From the NCBI RefSeq assembly GCF_009914755.1, contig NC_060926.1: a DNA stretch of 64,000 nucleotides; one strand, written 5' to 3'. The DNA comes from the human T2T-CHM13v2.0 reference genome, Homo sapiens. Within the stretch, counting starts at the first letter, position 1. Every line of letters begins with the position of its first letter. The translations under genes and the position numbers were made by a program. The notes under the pieces are model-generated. The model was given only the letters and a program-made list of their open reading frames with translations, did no database searches and was not told where the DNA came from. This document shows, in pieces, positions 43,733 to 55,560 of this stretch.

Positions 43733-44305
43733 TCTACTGGATTTCTCAGCTGGCACTCTAACTTCTACAGTTCAGCACATGCTTGAAACGAACTAGCAAC
43801 TTAAGGAAATGAGTGCTTTCTGGATGGGTAAGTTTTAGGAGGACACATTGAAAGTTATGTGTAAAGAATATAGAACCTATGAATTAAAATCCAGAGCGGA
43901 TTGAGGGGAGAATATGGCCAACTAGAGGGGAGAAGATGGCCAACTAGATTGAGCCGGGAAGCTACGCTCCCAGCAAGAGAAATCAAAATATGAAATAAGC
44001 CATCGCACTTTGAACAGATCTTTTGAGAGAAAACACTGAAAGTAAATAGAGAGGCGATGCAGACAACGAGGTGGAAGAGGGAGGAAGCTGGGACCCTGCA
44101 CGGAGTTGCCAAATGTCAGAACCGGCTCCCAGCCCTTAACTGGTCCTAATGAAGTGAAAGGACCAGGTCCTAAGGAAGTGAAAGAACACTTCCAGGTCCT
44201 AAGTGTTCTAGGCTTCCAGGTCCTAAGGAAGTGAAAGAACACTCCCGCCACTGACCTCTGAAATCCTAGCTACAAGAGATCCCACGACCCCTACAGGCAT
44301 TGGAA

Positions 44306-44512
44306 AGCTTGTTTGGAGGTCCTAGCAGGGGAGCGCAGCTACTTGTATATCCTTGACCGAAGACTGGTTCTCCTCTATCCTTCTGTTGGAGATGGTCATC
44401 CTCTTCGGCAGAGCGGGCAGCTTTGGGAGGTTCGCACCTGGGGCGGTGAAGGAGGAAGGGGACACCTGCCTAGCCAGCGAGATCAGCCAAATCAACCCTG
44501 GCGATCAATGGG
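44306..44512 (-). pseudogene. RN7SKP152: 7SK snRNA pseudogene, truncated at both ends (about nt 36-235 of 7SK)
   Basis: The reverse complement CCCATTGATCGCCAGGGTTGATTTGGCTGATCTCGCTGGCTAGGCAGGTGTCCCCTTCCTCC...GTAGCTGCGCTCCCCTGCTAGGACCTCCAAACAAGCT aligns to human 7SK with a small insertion. The 7SK identity is secure; the pseudogene number is from memory and should be verified. Confidence 0.9.
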
Positions 44513-46110
44513 CCTGGTCCCAATACCCAAACATTTGAGCACACAGCTAAGGAATATGGAGCTGAAATCTGTCGCTGAAGCTCAAGCGGAGGAGGAGCCC
44601 CCACTCTCAGAGCACTGAGAGAGGCATATATGCTCAAGGGCCGGCGCCGGAGCTGGGTGTGCCTCCCTCCACAAGACCAGCCCGGGAAGGGTGTAGCCTG
44701 CTTGCGAGCTCTGCCTGAGGGAGCCCCACAGATGGGAACAATTAACCCAGTGATCCGGGTGCAGAATGCTTGGGACAAAACTAGCTGGTTTGGTCCAGCT
44801 ACTGGGGCAGACCCCGGAAAGAGACCTGGTTGGGGGAGCGTGAGCTGCGCAGACCCCACAACTGTCTGCTGGGCAAAGAACCCTGGGCCATGGGGGCCAC
44901 ACCGGTTGCACAACCATGGCAATCCTGCCCTACCCAGGGATCCTCCACCTTTGACCCACTGCATCAAAACATAAACCACAGATGTATCCTACAAACTGCC
45001 CTGACTCTGCAAAGTACAGGGGACCAGTGGGCACCTAAGGTTGTTAGGTTGCTATGAGATCCAGGGAGCTGGATCATAACAACCTAACAACCATGGGTTA
45101 GGGCCACCCCTAAGGAACGGAGAAGTGCAGGCAACCAGGGCCCCTCGGGCTAAGGAAAGGCTAGTGCCGCCCAATGATTGGAGGGGGTCCCCGCAAGGCC
45201 CATGGACTTGGTGACAGGGTCATCTCGTGCCTCCCCCATCTCCCACACCCGAGAGTACCGCTGCAAATGCACTGAAATACAAAACAGGTGAGCGCCTAAG
45301 AGCCTATCTGCCAGCCCTTACTATTAATATTACGCGCCGTCGCCATCTACTGGATCAAGCCTGGATTACACCACCAAATAAAAATTCTCCAGTGCACATT
45401 GCTGGTGAAATCCAATGCAGGAATCTAGCCACAAAAAAAAGATCATGCACAGAGCCTCGGCCTTTGAAAGTACAAAAAAAAAAAAAAAAAAAATGAAGAC
45501 AGTAGATCATACTCAACATAAACCAAAGTCAAACCCTCTAGGGATATAATATAAAAACAAAAGCTTTGTCTAAGTGACAGCAACTTCCAAAAGCTATAGG
45601 AACACCAGCCCTGACAGATACAGAATTCAGAATCTGGATGGCAAAGAAGGTCAACGAGATTCTGGAGACGCTGAAACACAATCCAAGGAAGCAAGTAAAA
45701 CATTCCAAGAGTGGAAAGATGATATAACCATTTTAAGAAAGAACCAAACGGAATTTCTGGAATTGAAAAACTTACTACAGGAATTTTATAATATACTTGG
45801 AACTATTAACAACCTAATAGACCAACATGAGGAAAGAATGTCAGATCCTGAAGACTTGTCCTTCAAATAAACACAGTCAGACAAAAACAAAGAAAAAAAA
45901 AGAATTTCAAAAGTTAACAAAACCTCTGAGAAATATGGGATTTTGTAAAGAGACCAAACCTGTGACTCATTGGCATTTCTGAAAGAAAAGGAGAGTGTAA
46001 GCAACTTGGAAAACACATTTGAGGATGTAGTTCACAAAATTTTCCGCAATCACTACAGGCTGATATGCAAATTCAAGACATCCAGAGAACGCCTGTGAGA
46101 TACTATACAA

Positions 46111-46430
46111 CAGTGGCCCCCAACCTCTTTGGCTCCAGGAACCGGTTTAGTGGAAGGTAATCTTTCCATGGACTGGGGAGGTGGGTATGGTTTTGGGATG
46201 ATGGGAAACACATTATATTTATTGTGCACCTTATTTCTATTATTATAACATTCTAATACATAGTGAAATAATTATATAACTCACCATAATGTAGATTCAG
46301 TGAGAGCCCTCAGCTTGTTTGCCTGCAACCAGAGGTCCTATCTGGGGATGATGGGAGACAGTAACAGATCATCAGGCATTAGAGTCTTATATGGACCATG
46401 CAATCTAGATCCCTAGCAAGCACAGTTCAC
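46111..46430. mobile_element. MER1B-like hAT-Charlie element, one end missing
   Basis: CAGTGGCCCCCAACCTCTTTGGCTCCAGGAACCGGTTT...CAGATCATCAGGCATTAGAGTCT...CACAGTTCAC. Confidence 0.85.
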
Positions 46431-46554
46431 TTCTGGTGACAGGTTCAATCGTACTCTAAACTTCAGCATCACAAAATATACCTTTGTAACAAAACTTTGT
46501 GCCCTCAGAATCTAAAATAAAAGTTGAAAAAAACAAAAAAATTAGAGCAATTTC

Positions 46555-46975
46555 CATGGGTTATCAAACTTAGCTGCTCATTACAATCACCCCTGGAGCT
46601 TCTAAAAATTTCAATACACTCAGCTACACCCCAGATTAATTTAAGTAGTATCTATGGGAAGAGACACAGGCATGGGTTTTAAGGTCTCCAGGTGATTGTA
46701 ACATGCAGTAAAGTTTGAGAAACAGGGCTCTTAACCAGCATTTTCTCAGTTGTCATGCATATACAAATCCTTGGCATCTAGAGAGCCCCTCCTAAGTGTG
46801 GTTACTAGACAAAAAGCCTCAGCATTACCTGGAGATTGTTAGTTAGAAATGCAAATTTTGAGCCCCACTGTATATTTATTGAATCTGAATCAGAACCCCT
46901 GGGGTACATGCCAGCATTCTGTGTGTTAAAGTTCTCCAGCTGATTCTAATGTGTGCAAATGTTTGAGAATTAATG
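46555..46975. mobile_element. Cluster of MER5-type DNA transposon relics
   Basis: CAAACTTAGCTGCTCATTACAATCACC...CCAGGTGATT...TTTGAGAAACAG and CAGCATTACCTGGAGATTGTTAG...TTTGAGAATT. Confidence 0.65.
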
Positions 46976-47681
46976 GTCTCACCTGGGACCATTCTCCTCC
47001 TCCTCCTTTTTATTGCTGTCAGGTGGAAGTGACACCATCTTCCAAAGGCATGGAACTTTATTACTTCATTGACAGTTTTATCCTGGAAACTGATCTAGCT
47101 TTTGTTTTTCACCAGAATTTCTAAACAAATAGGCACAAGCTGTTTGATATTGGGTCACTTTTTCTTTCAATGGCTGGTCCCCTTGATGTCTAAAGCTTTC
47201 GTGTTTTAGGAGGGTGTCGAAAAAGGGAATTAGCAAAGAAGGGAAAAAAGAGGAGAGAGCATTTCCAAGACTTTGCTGGTGCACTGAACTTTTAGAATTC
47301 TCATTCCAACTAATTATGTACTACACATATAGTTAACACTAAAAATAAAATTTGCATCATCTGTGAGACATCTAGGATGTTCGGAAAGTAACTATGATCT
47401 TACAAAGCAGCTTGACACTGACAATACTCTTGTTTGTTGCTTTGTTTTTGGTGGTTTTTTTTACTACTACTCCCTGAAACAAATGAAAGATGTGGTATCT
47501 GGAGTCAGATCTGAATTTGAACCTTGATTTTACCCCTTTTGTGATGTGTATCTGAGCATGTTACCCAAGTTTATTTCCTCATCTCTCACAGATAACTGAC
47601 AAATTAGTTTTTAGCATTGTGCTAAGATAGGAGAGCCTGAACATAAAATACCTCCCATTATTCTTGGCACCTAGTAGATGT

Positions 47682-47889
47682 CAGTGGTGTGCTGGAGCCT
47701 TCTTGGGCCAGCTGGAGAGAGCAATGGTGCACGGCTCCTTCCAAGTCTATGTTCAGTGACTTCAGATTGTTTGCTGGAATTTAGCCATGGGATGAGTGTT
47801 TACACCACAGAAATAGGCAAAAGATACATAGAGAAAAGGTCTTATCCTCCAGGAGAGCCAGTTGCTTTACATTTACCAGTACACCATTG
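47682..47889. mobile_element. MER63A hAT DNA transposon
   Basis: TIRs CAGTGGTGTGCTGG ... CCAGTACACCATTG; 8-bp TSD GTAGATGT/GTAGACAT. Confidence 0.85.
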
Positions 47890-48774
47890 GTAGACATTTC
47901 TTTCGTGGTTATCTGTTGATGGGTAGATTTTAGAAGGTAATTTGTTTTTCTCTCATGAAACAAAAGTAGCAAAGCATAGCCCAAATGGGAGGACGTCACA
48001 GAAGGGCTCCAGGAAAGCCCTTCCTGAGATCACTCTCTTACCATGTATCTATTATGTATTCTCAGAATTTCTCTCAAATTCCCAGACTCACGGAAAAGGT
48101 GACACTCAATTATGAGCAGACACTGACATTTTTTGTGAGATTAGTTCATCAGAGGTTTTCCTTCTAAGCCAAACTGACTGAGTTCAGGGATCTGAAAAAC
48201 ACAATTTAACTAATGAGGATCTGTTGGCTGTAAGGCCATCTAGGGATGAAGATAGCTAAAGCAAACAATGTCTGTAGCTCATGGGGTAACATTTATCAAT
48301 GCAGAGGAGACAAATAAACACATAATCAACTTTCCATAATTTTAGATAATAGTAAATGGTAGATGAAAATAAAACAGTTTAATTTGGTAAACAGTGAGCA
48401 GGGCAGTGGAATTGCTTTAAGTAGGCTCACCAGGAAAGGCTTCTCTAATAAGGAAATATTTCAACTGAAATCTAAAAGGATGCAGCTGTGTTCTGAATCA
48501 GAGAACATTCCAGGTGACAAAGAGCAAGAGAAAGGCCCTGAGGCAAGAATAAACTTGTTTTCAAGAACAGAAAGCAGGTTAGTAGAGCTGAGGCACTGTG
48601 AGTTTAAGAAGAGGTTGGTGTTACATGGAGCAGCAGCACAGTCAAGCAGGGAACAGATCACGTAAAGCCCTTTAGAGAGTGAAGTCGGCTTTTTATGCTA
48701 GGTGCAACTGGGAGTTCTGAACACGGTAAGAAGCACTGGTGGTCATGGAGACAGTAGCCTGATCGCCAATGGAG

Positions 48775-49044
48775 TTTTTTTTTTTATTATTATTATACTT
48801 TAAGTTTTAGGGTACATGTGCACAATGTGCAGGTTTGTTATGTATATATACATGTGCCATGTTGGTGTGCTGCACCCATTAACTCGTCATTTAACATTAC
48901 GTATGTCTCCTAATGCTATCCCTCCCCCCTCCCCCCACCCCATAACAGGCCCCGGTGTGTGATGTTCCCCTTCCTGTGTCCATGTGTTCTCATTGTTCAA
49001 TTCCCACCTAGGAGTGAGAACATGCGGTGTTTGGTTTTTTGTCC
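48775..49044 (-). mobile_element. Short 5'-truncated L1PA 3' end inserted in an L2
   Basis: TTATACTTTAAGTTTTAGGGTACATGTGCACAATGTGCAGG...; TSD CCAATGGAGTTTT / CCAATAGAGTTTT. Confidence 0.92.
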
Positions 49045-50484
49045 AATAGAGTTTTAAAGGATCACTCTGATCACTCTGTGAAGAATACATTTTAGAAAGT
49101 CAAAAGTGGAGCCAAAAGACCAGTTAAGTGACTACTACGATAGTGTAGGTAAAAGATATAATAGTGGCTTGGACAAGGGGGCAGGTGGTCTAGATGAATA
49201 GAAAAGGGTAGATTTGGGATATATTTTACAGGTTGAATCAGTAGCGTTTGTTGATGGATTCGATGTTTATGTAAGGGAAGAAAACAAGAATGTGCATATA
49301 TATATACATAAAATATTAGTTTTAGAAACAGTGTAGATACTATGCCCATCAGTTAATTTCTAGTCTGAGGTAAGTCATAAAGGAAATGAGCTATCTAAGC
49401 AATAAGGGAAAGAAAAATGTTTAGACTTATTGCAAGTTAGAAAAAATAAAGCTGTTCATAGTGCATCCTGTTTCAAGCCATGTCTCCAAATATAAATGAT
49501 TAATGCATTTGTGGTGTATTTAAGTTCTCTGATGGTGTTGTATTGTTGGTAAAATGCAATTACAATGCAGTAGGAAAATAATGTTTCAATTAGATTAGCA
49601 AATAAATTAGTCTTACATAAAATAATTAAAACATTATCTAAGTTTGCAAACTTAGGTCTCAGGTTTAATGAATCTTTTTGAATATTTATTTTCTGTTTCC
49701 CTGCTACTTTTTTTTGTCTTTCATAGTTTTGCTCTGGGAGGCTCTAGAAAAGAAGAAGAAAATATTTTGGAAGCCTAAATTTTATTAAAATGATCTTAGT
49801 TTTTATGACTCTCAAGCAAAGCTATAGGAGATTCCTAGCCAGGAGATCATTTAGTGTACATTTAGTACCTAACAATTAGGTGTTCAAGTATCCTGAAAAA
49901 AGTCCTGATAAACTGTTTGTTGGGTAAAATTTAATAAATAATTTTACGAATGCAAAGCTGAGCTTATAAAAATTAAAGAAAATTTCCAGGAACAAAAAAG
50001 CAAAAGAGAAGCAAGAAACAGAGTGGTAAGATGACATTATAGCTGTAACTCCCTGGGGATGGTGGCTGATTTCAGTAACTCAGGAGTTTGTTTGTTATTG
50101 TTGTTTATTACTTTATTGGGATATAATAAGTACATAGTACATTAAGAAAATTGTACAGTTCAAATATACATATTTATACTCCTAAATAAACACTACCTAG
50201 GTTAGGATACAAAACATTCCTATTACCTAAGAATTGTCCCTTATGCCCCTCTATGCCAATAACTCCCCCAAAGTTACCACTCTTCTATTAGCATAAATAC
50301 TTATTTTGCCTGCCTGTCATTAAGCTTCATAAATTAATTCAAACAATATGCAATCTTTTGTGTCTGGCTTCTTTTGCTCATAATTATGTTTGTGAGATTC
50401 CCTATGTTTTTGCATGTTTTACGTGTATCAGTAAAATGTCTTTTCTTACTGTTGTATACCAGTTTTCTTAAGAGCTAGGATCAC

Positions 50485-50945
<461 letters not shown>

Positions 50946-52521
50946 ATTCCCTTGTTGTATACCTATACCTCAATATTTATTCTTTCTAATCTTGATGGAT
51001 GTTTGGATTGTTGCCAGTTTGAGACCATAATGAATATATCATCTGTGAACATTCACATACATGTTTTTGATGACTATAAATACTCCTTTCTGTGCATATA
51101 TACCAGTGATAGAATTTCTGGTCATGAATATATATGGCTAGCATTAATAGATACTGACAAACATATCTTCAAAGTAGTTGTCCAGGTATATATTCTTACC
51201 AGGAATATGTGAGAGTTTCTTTTGCTCCACATCTTTGAAAACACTTATTGTCAGTTTTTTTTTTTTAATTTAGTTATTCTGGTGGTGGTCTAGCAATATT
51301 TCATTACTATTTTAACTTGCATTTCTCTGATGAATAACTCAAAAAATAAGAAAAAGACTGACATCCCAATGCACTAAGTTAGCATTTATGTTTGTCATTT
51401 TACTAAATATTGTCTTTGTGTCTTGGTTCTTTTTCCTTCTCTAGTTCCCCCATTCTTGATATTATATAAAAAGATACTGCTATGTATATGTTTGTATATT
51501 GACATTTTTTAACAATTCCTAAAGACAAAAGATTGCATTCCAAAAAGCAGGGCTTAAATTTTTAAGTACTTTCAATATCATGTCTAATTTGCTTTATTGA
51601 TCTCATAAAAAGGAAGAGATTAGTTTTGTTGACTTTAGGTCCCAAGGAGACAGAAGCAGGGAGGAAGTTCTCTTACACTAGGAGGAAATAACTTGACAGG
51701 AAGAAATGCAATAGGGGAAAAATGCTGAAGGCTACCATTTGAAGCTGCCAGAATGGTTCCTCAGCTTTGTGCACATCAAAGTGCTCCAGCTCAGTGTCAC
51801 GAAGCTGAAGTCAATTGCTTCTCTTATTTTTCCTGGCTCCCTTCCGGATTCCTTTTTGCCTATAACGCTGCTCTAAGTAGTATTCTGGCTGAGGCTTGTA
51901 GGGGGCAGACCTACTTGTCTTTAAAATAAATGGACAATGCATGATTCTTTAGAGATAAGCATATCTTTTAATTGCAAGCACCAGGCCAAATTAGGTGACT
52001 CTAAACCATTTATTAATCTTTGTTCTGAATTTAAGATAGAAATGAGGTGATTAGGATGAGTAAATAAAAGAAAATAAATTGGGCAGAAAATGAAGCATGG
52101 AAGAATTCTTTTCCCACTTCTGTTTCCTCCTCCTCGTCTTTTATCAGAGCTTTATCAGACTGATTCTATTAAGGTCGTGGACAAGAATCAATATATCAAG
52201 ATGAGCTGAGTTGTTCAGGTGTTACAATTTTATCTTTATTATTTTTTAGAGGGAGTCAAAATTAGATTTGATATTTAGAAGTTTGGCAGTTGTAAACTTT
52301 ACAGGATTTTTTTAAGAGAAAAAGATATTTTCTGTGGCATTTCATACTTTCTTTTCATCCATAAAATTTTGTTAGCTCATAATTTCTCAAAATGAGAAGA
52401 GCATCACAGAAAATTATAATAAACTATCTTCAGTCAGAAGCATACACTTATATTTTAACGTAAATTTTAATCCTTGTCTCATTCATTGTCTTTGGCCAGA
52501 AATATTAAAACAAGATGAGTA

Positions 52522-52888
52522 TTTTTTTTTAAATTTTTTTTAATTGTACTTTAAGTTTTAGGGTACATGTGCACAACGTGCAGGTTAGTTACATATGTAT
52601 ACATGTGCAATGTTGGTGTGCTGCACCCATTAACTAGTCATTTAACATATCTCCTAATGCTATCCCTCCCCCCTCCCCCCACCATAGACTGGATTAAGAA
52701 AATGTGGCACATATACACCATGGAATACTATGCAGCATAAAAAAGGATGAGCTCATGTCCTTTGTAGGGACATGGATGAAGCTGGAAACCATAATTCTCA
52801 GCAAACTATGGCAAGGACAAAAAACCAAACACCGCATGTTCTCACTCATAGGTGGGAATTGAACAATGAGAACACATGGACACAGGAA
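52522..52888 (-). mobile_element. Short L1PA with a twin-priming inversion (minus arm 52522-~52683, plus arm ~52686-52888)
   Basis: Minus-strand L1PA 3' terminus joined to plus-strand AGACTGGATTAAGAAAATGTGGCAC...GACACAGGAA; short flanking AGTATTTT duplication. Confidence 0.88.
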
Positions 52889-53831
52889 GTATTTTAATAT
52901 TTAAAAAAAATACACTTAAGGGAGTGAGAAATCAAATAACTATTAAGAATAAAAAAAGTTAGTTGATGAGTGATGTTTCTCTGGAAAAACACCTTATATA
53001 TTATTGAAACAAATTTCTAGAGGAGAGTACATCTGAATTAGAGAATTGTGTAAGTCTCAGGCCCTAGAAAACTTTTATCTGCCTCCTTCTCCAATGTAGA
53101 ATTTCCTCTGACTTGTTTTGAATCACAGCACACTCAGTTTAAGGGATGTCTGCTTGGTGGGCCTATGCTTAATATAAAATTCTATTCAGAGAAAGTTGAG
53201 GAGAAAGTTACAATTTTTTTTCAACTAGCAGCATGAGAAAACTTAAATGTAATGAAATGAATGTAATGAAATAAAGTCCCACTTATTATTCATTCAGGAT
53301 ATGATCTGAAAAAGCTGACCTGAAATATTATGTCTGAATTATTTTTCTTGGAAAAACGTTCTTTGTTTCAAAGTGCAAATTGTAACAATGCACTAACACT
53401 TAGCGTGTCGAAGAAACTCCACTTGAACAAGTGATCCCATCTCTGTGACTGCTCCATGTAATTATGATAAGAATGGCAACCCAAACTCTTGAATAACAAT
53501 AGGAAGAAATATCATGTCTGAATGTACCCAAAGCTTACCTAGTAGCCAAAAAGAAACACCTGAACTTAAAGATAATTGACTCAATTTCTCACCGAAAGAC
53601 ATCATTTTGAATTTGCAGCAATATTTTAAAAGAGAAAATCAAGAGTACTTAATATCCCTAGGACAACTAGTTAGTCATTTTTGGGGTAATGGTCTTCACT
53701 GTTGCTATGTGATTATTTTGGGGCTCTATCCAATTCAATAGATCTTGGGTAAGTCTCAGTATTTTTTAAACTAATAGCTAAGGTAATGTCGGTTATCCAT
53801 GATTCATACTTTTATAGACATTGTCAGAGAT

Positions 53832-54050
53832 CAGTCGTTGTCAACTGGGGAAGATTTTGTCCCCCTGAGAACATTTAGCAAAGATGGGGACATTTTTATT
53901 TGTCATAACTGTGGAATTAGGAATGTTTATTGATATCTAGAGGTTAGAGACCAGTGATCGTGCTAAACATCCCACCATGCACAGGACAGCCACTCACAAC
54001 AAAGAATTATCCAGCTCAAATATCAAGATTGCCAATATTGAGAAACTCAG
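53832..54050. mobile_element. MER20 DNA transposon
   Basis: CAGTCGTTGTCAACTGGGG...TGCTAAACATCCCACCATGCACAGGACAGCC...TTGAGAAACTCAG. Confidence 0.85.
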
Positions 54051-54259
54051 GCCTTAGAGAAATAAATGTCTGATTTTAATGTAGAATGTATATGAAAGTT
54101 TTCATTTTTCAATCTTTATTTCCTACTTGACATTATCTCTGTTTTTTTTCTACTTTGTTAAAGCTATAGAGGAAAAACACTTTTAACTTAGTCCTTCAAA
54201 AATGCCAGTTTTCTATACTAATTTTATTTTGTGAGCAGTGGGACAGTTTCAAACATCCA

Positions 54260-54915
54260 CTCAACTTACCATGTGAAAGACATGTATAGTCTCTCTCAGG
54301 CCAGAAAGCACTGGCACTGTATAAGAATGTAAGAATACACTATACTTTTGTTGAGAAGATCCTGCAAACAGAAAGAAAACTATTGAGGCTGAAGCACACA
54401 GATTAAGATAGGGAAAGAGGGAAGATAAGAGCAGTGAGGCTGACATGGTGTAGGGCTGGAAAGCTTGTAGAACTTGTAGACAGTAATAGTATAGAGTTTG
54501 TAAAATCTTTGCTGAGGATTTTAGAATTTATCATCATAATAATGGAGAAATATTACAGAATTTTATGCCGGAAAATGACCCAAAATTTTAAGCAGGGAAA
54601 TGTCACAACCTCATAAAATCCACTCTGGCTACTGTACTGAGAATAGATTTGGAAGTGAGGCAAGAATGGATTTAGTAAGATAAAACAAGTAGGTTATTAC
54701 ATTGTCTTATAAAGAGGTTAAAGGTGGTAATGGATTGGATTAGGTGTTGACAGTGGAAATTAAGAGAAGTTGATGTATTTACATTACATTAGGTGGTAGA
54801 ATGAACTGGTCTTGGTGAATAAATGCGGAGGGTTAATGAAGAGGATTAGTTTGGAAAACTGGATGAATGGTGGTACTAATCAATGAGAAGGAAGATGTAA
54901 TTTATTTACCATGAT
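54260..54915 (-). mobile_element. L2 fragment
   Basis: TTTAAGCAGGGAAATGTCACAA...CACTCTGGCTACTGT...GAGAATAGATT, typical of minus-strand L2. Confidence 0.55.
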
Positions 54916-54918
54916 ATA

Positions 54919-55215
54919 CAGTTGTCCCTTAGTATCTGCTGGGGATTGGCTTCTGGACTCCCTGAGAATACCAAAATCCACAGATGCTCAAATCTCTTAT
55001 ACAAATGGCATAGTGTTTGCTTATAACCTACACACATCCTCCTATATAGTTTAAAATTACCTACACATCACTTCATTTGTATGGATTCAATGTAGTACTC
55101 AGCATATGGAAAATTCAAGTTTTGCCTTTTGGGGCTTTGTGGATTTTTTCCCCAACTATTTCTGATCCAGAATTGGTTGAATCCACAGATCAGAAACCAT
55201 GGATATGGAGGACTG
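54919..55215. mobile_element. MER2 (TcMar-Tigger) DNA transposon
   Basis: TA|CAGTTGTCCCTTAGTATCTG...GAATCCACAGATCAGAAACCATGGATATGGAGGACTG. Confidence 0.85.
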
Positions 55216-55220
55216 AATGC

Positions 55221-55253
<33 letters not shown>

Positions 55254-55310
55254 CATATATATATATATACACGTATATATATACATACATATATATATAT
55301 ATATATATAT
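55221..55310. repeat. Imperfect (TA)n microsatellite
   Basis: Read directly from the sequence. Confidence 0.95.
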
Positions 55311-55319
55311 CTTCCACCA

Positions 55320-55560
55320 TGAGATTAGTATTCCTATAGAAAAAAGAAGAGAGACCAGAGCTCACTGCCTCCTCCATTTGAAGACACAGTGAGAATGCTG
55401 CCCTCTGCCAGCCAGGAAATGAGCCCTCACTGGGGAACGAAATTGGCTGGCGCCTTAATCTTGGACTCCTCAGCCTCGGGAACTGTTAGAAATAAATTTC
55501 TGTTGTTCTAGCCACCCAGTCTATGGTATATTATTATGACAGCCCCAGCTTTCTAAGACC
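55320..55560 (+). mobile_element. Partial MaLR LTR (MLT1A/MST-like), 3' half
   Basis: CTTAATCTTGGACTCCTCAGCCTC...AGAAATAAATTTCTGTTGTTCTAGCCACCCAGTCTATGGTAT. Confidence 0.75.

Larger units (their letters stand above)
43900..46540 (+). mobile_element. Internally deleted L1 (L1PB/L1P4-like): 5'UTR, N-terminal ORF1 relic and 3' end
   Basis: Starts GAGGGGAGAAGATGGCC (L1 5'-end YY1-type motif). ORF1-like coiled-coil peptide at 45574-45870 (ITILRKNQTEFLELKNLLQEF...IDQHEERMS). L1 3' end CTAAAATAAAAGTTGAAAAAA at 46431-46540. Confidence 0.75.

Noticed and set aside
44313-45057. Overlapping 100-169 aa ORFs on both strands
   Set aside because: GC-rich L1 5'UTR and 7SK sequence has few stop codons; no domain recognised. 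Would need Ribo-seq support.
55068-55392. YI-repeat ORFs, and similarly the KE/RK-repeat ORFs at 26215-26465 and Alu-derived ORFs
   Set aside because: Translations of microsatellites and Alu sequence.
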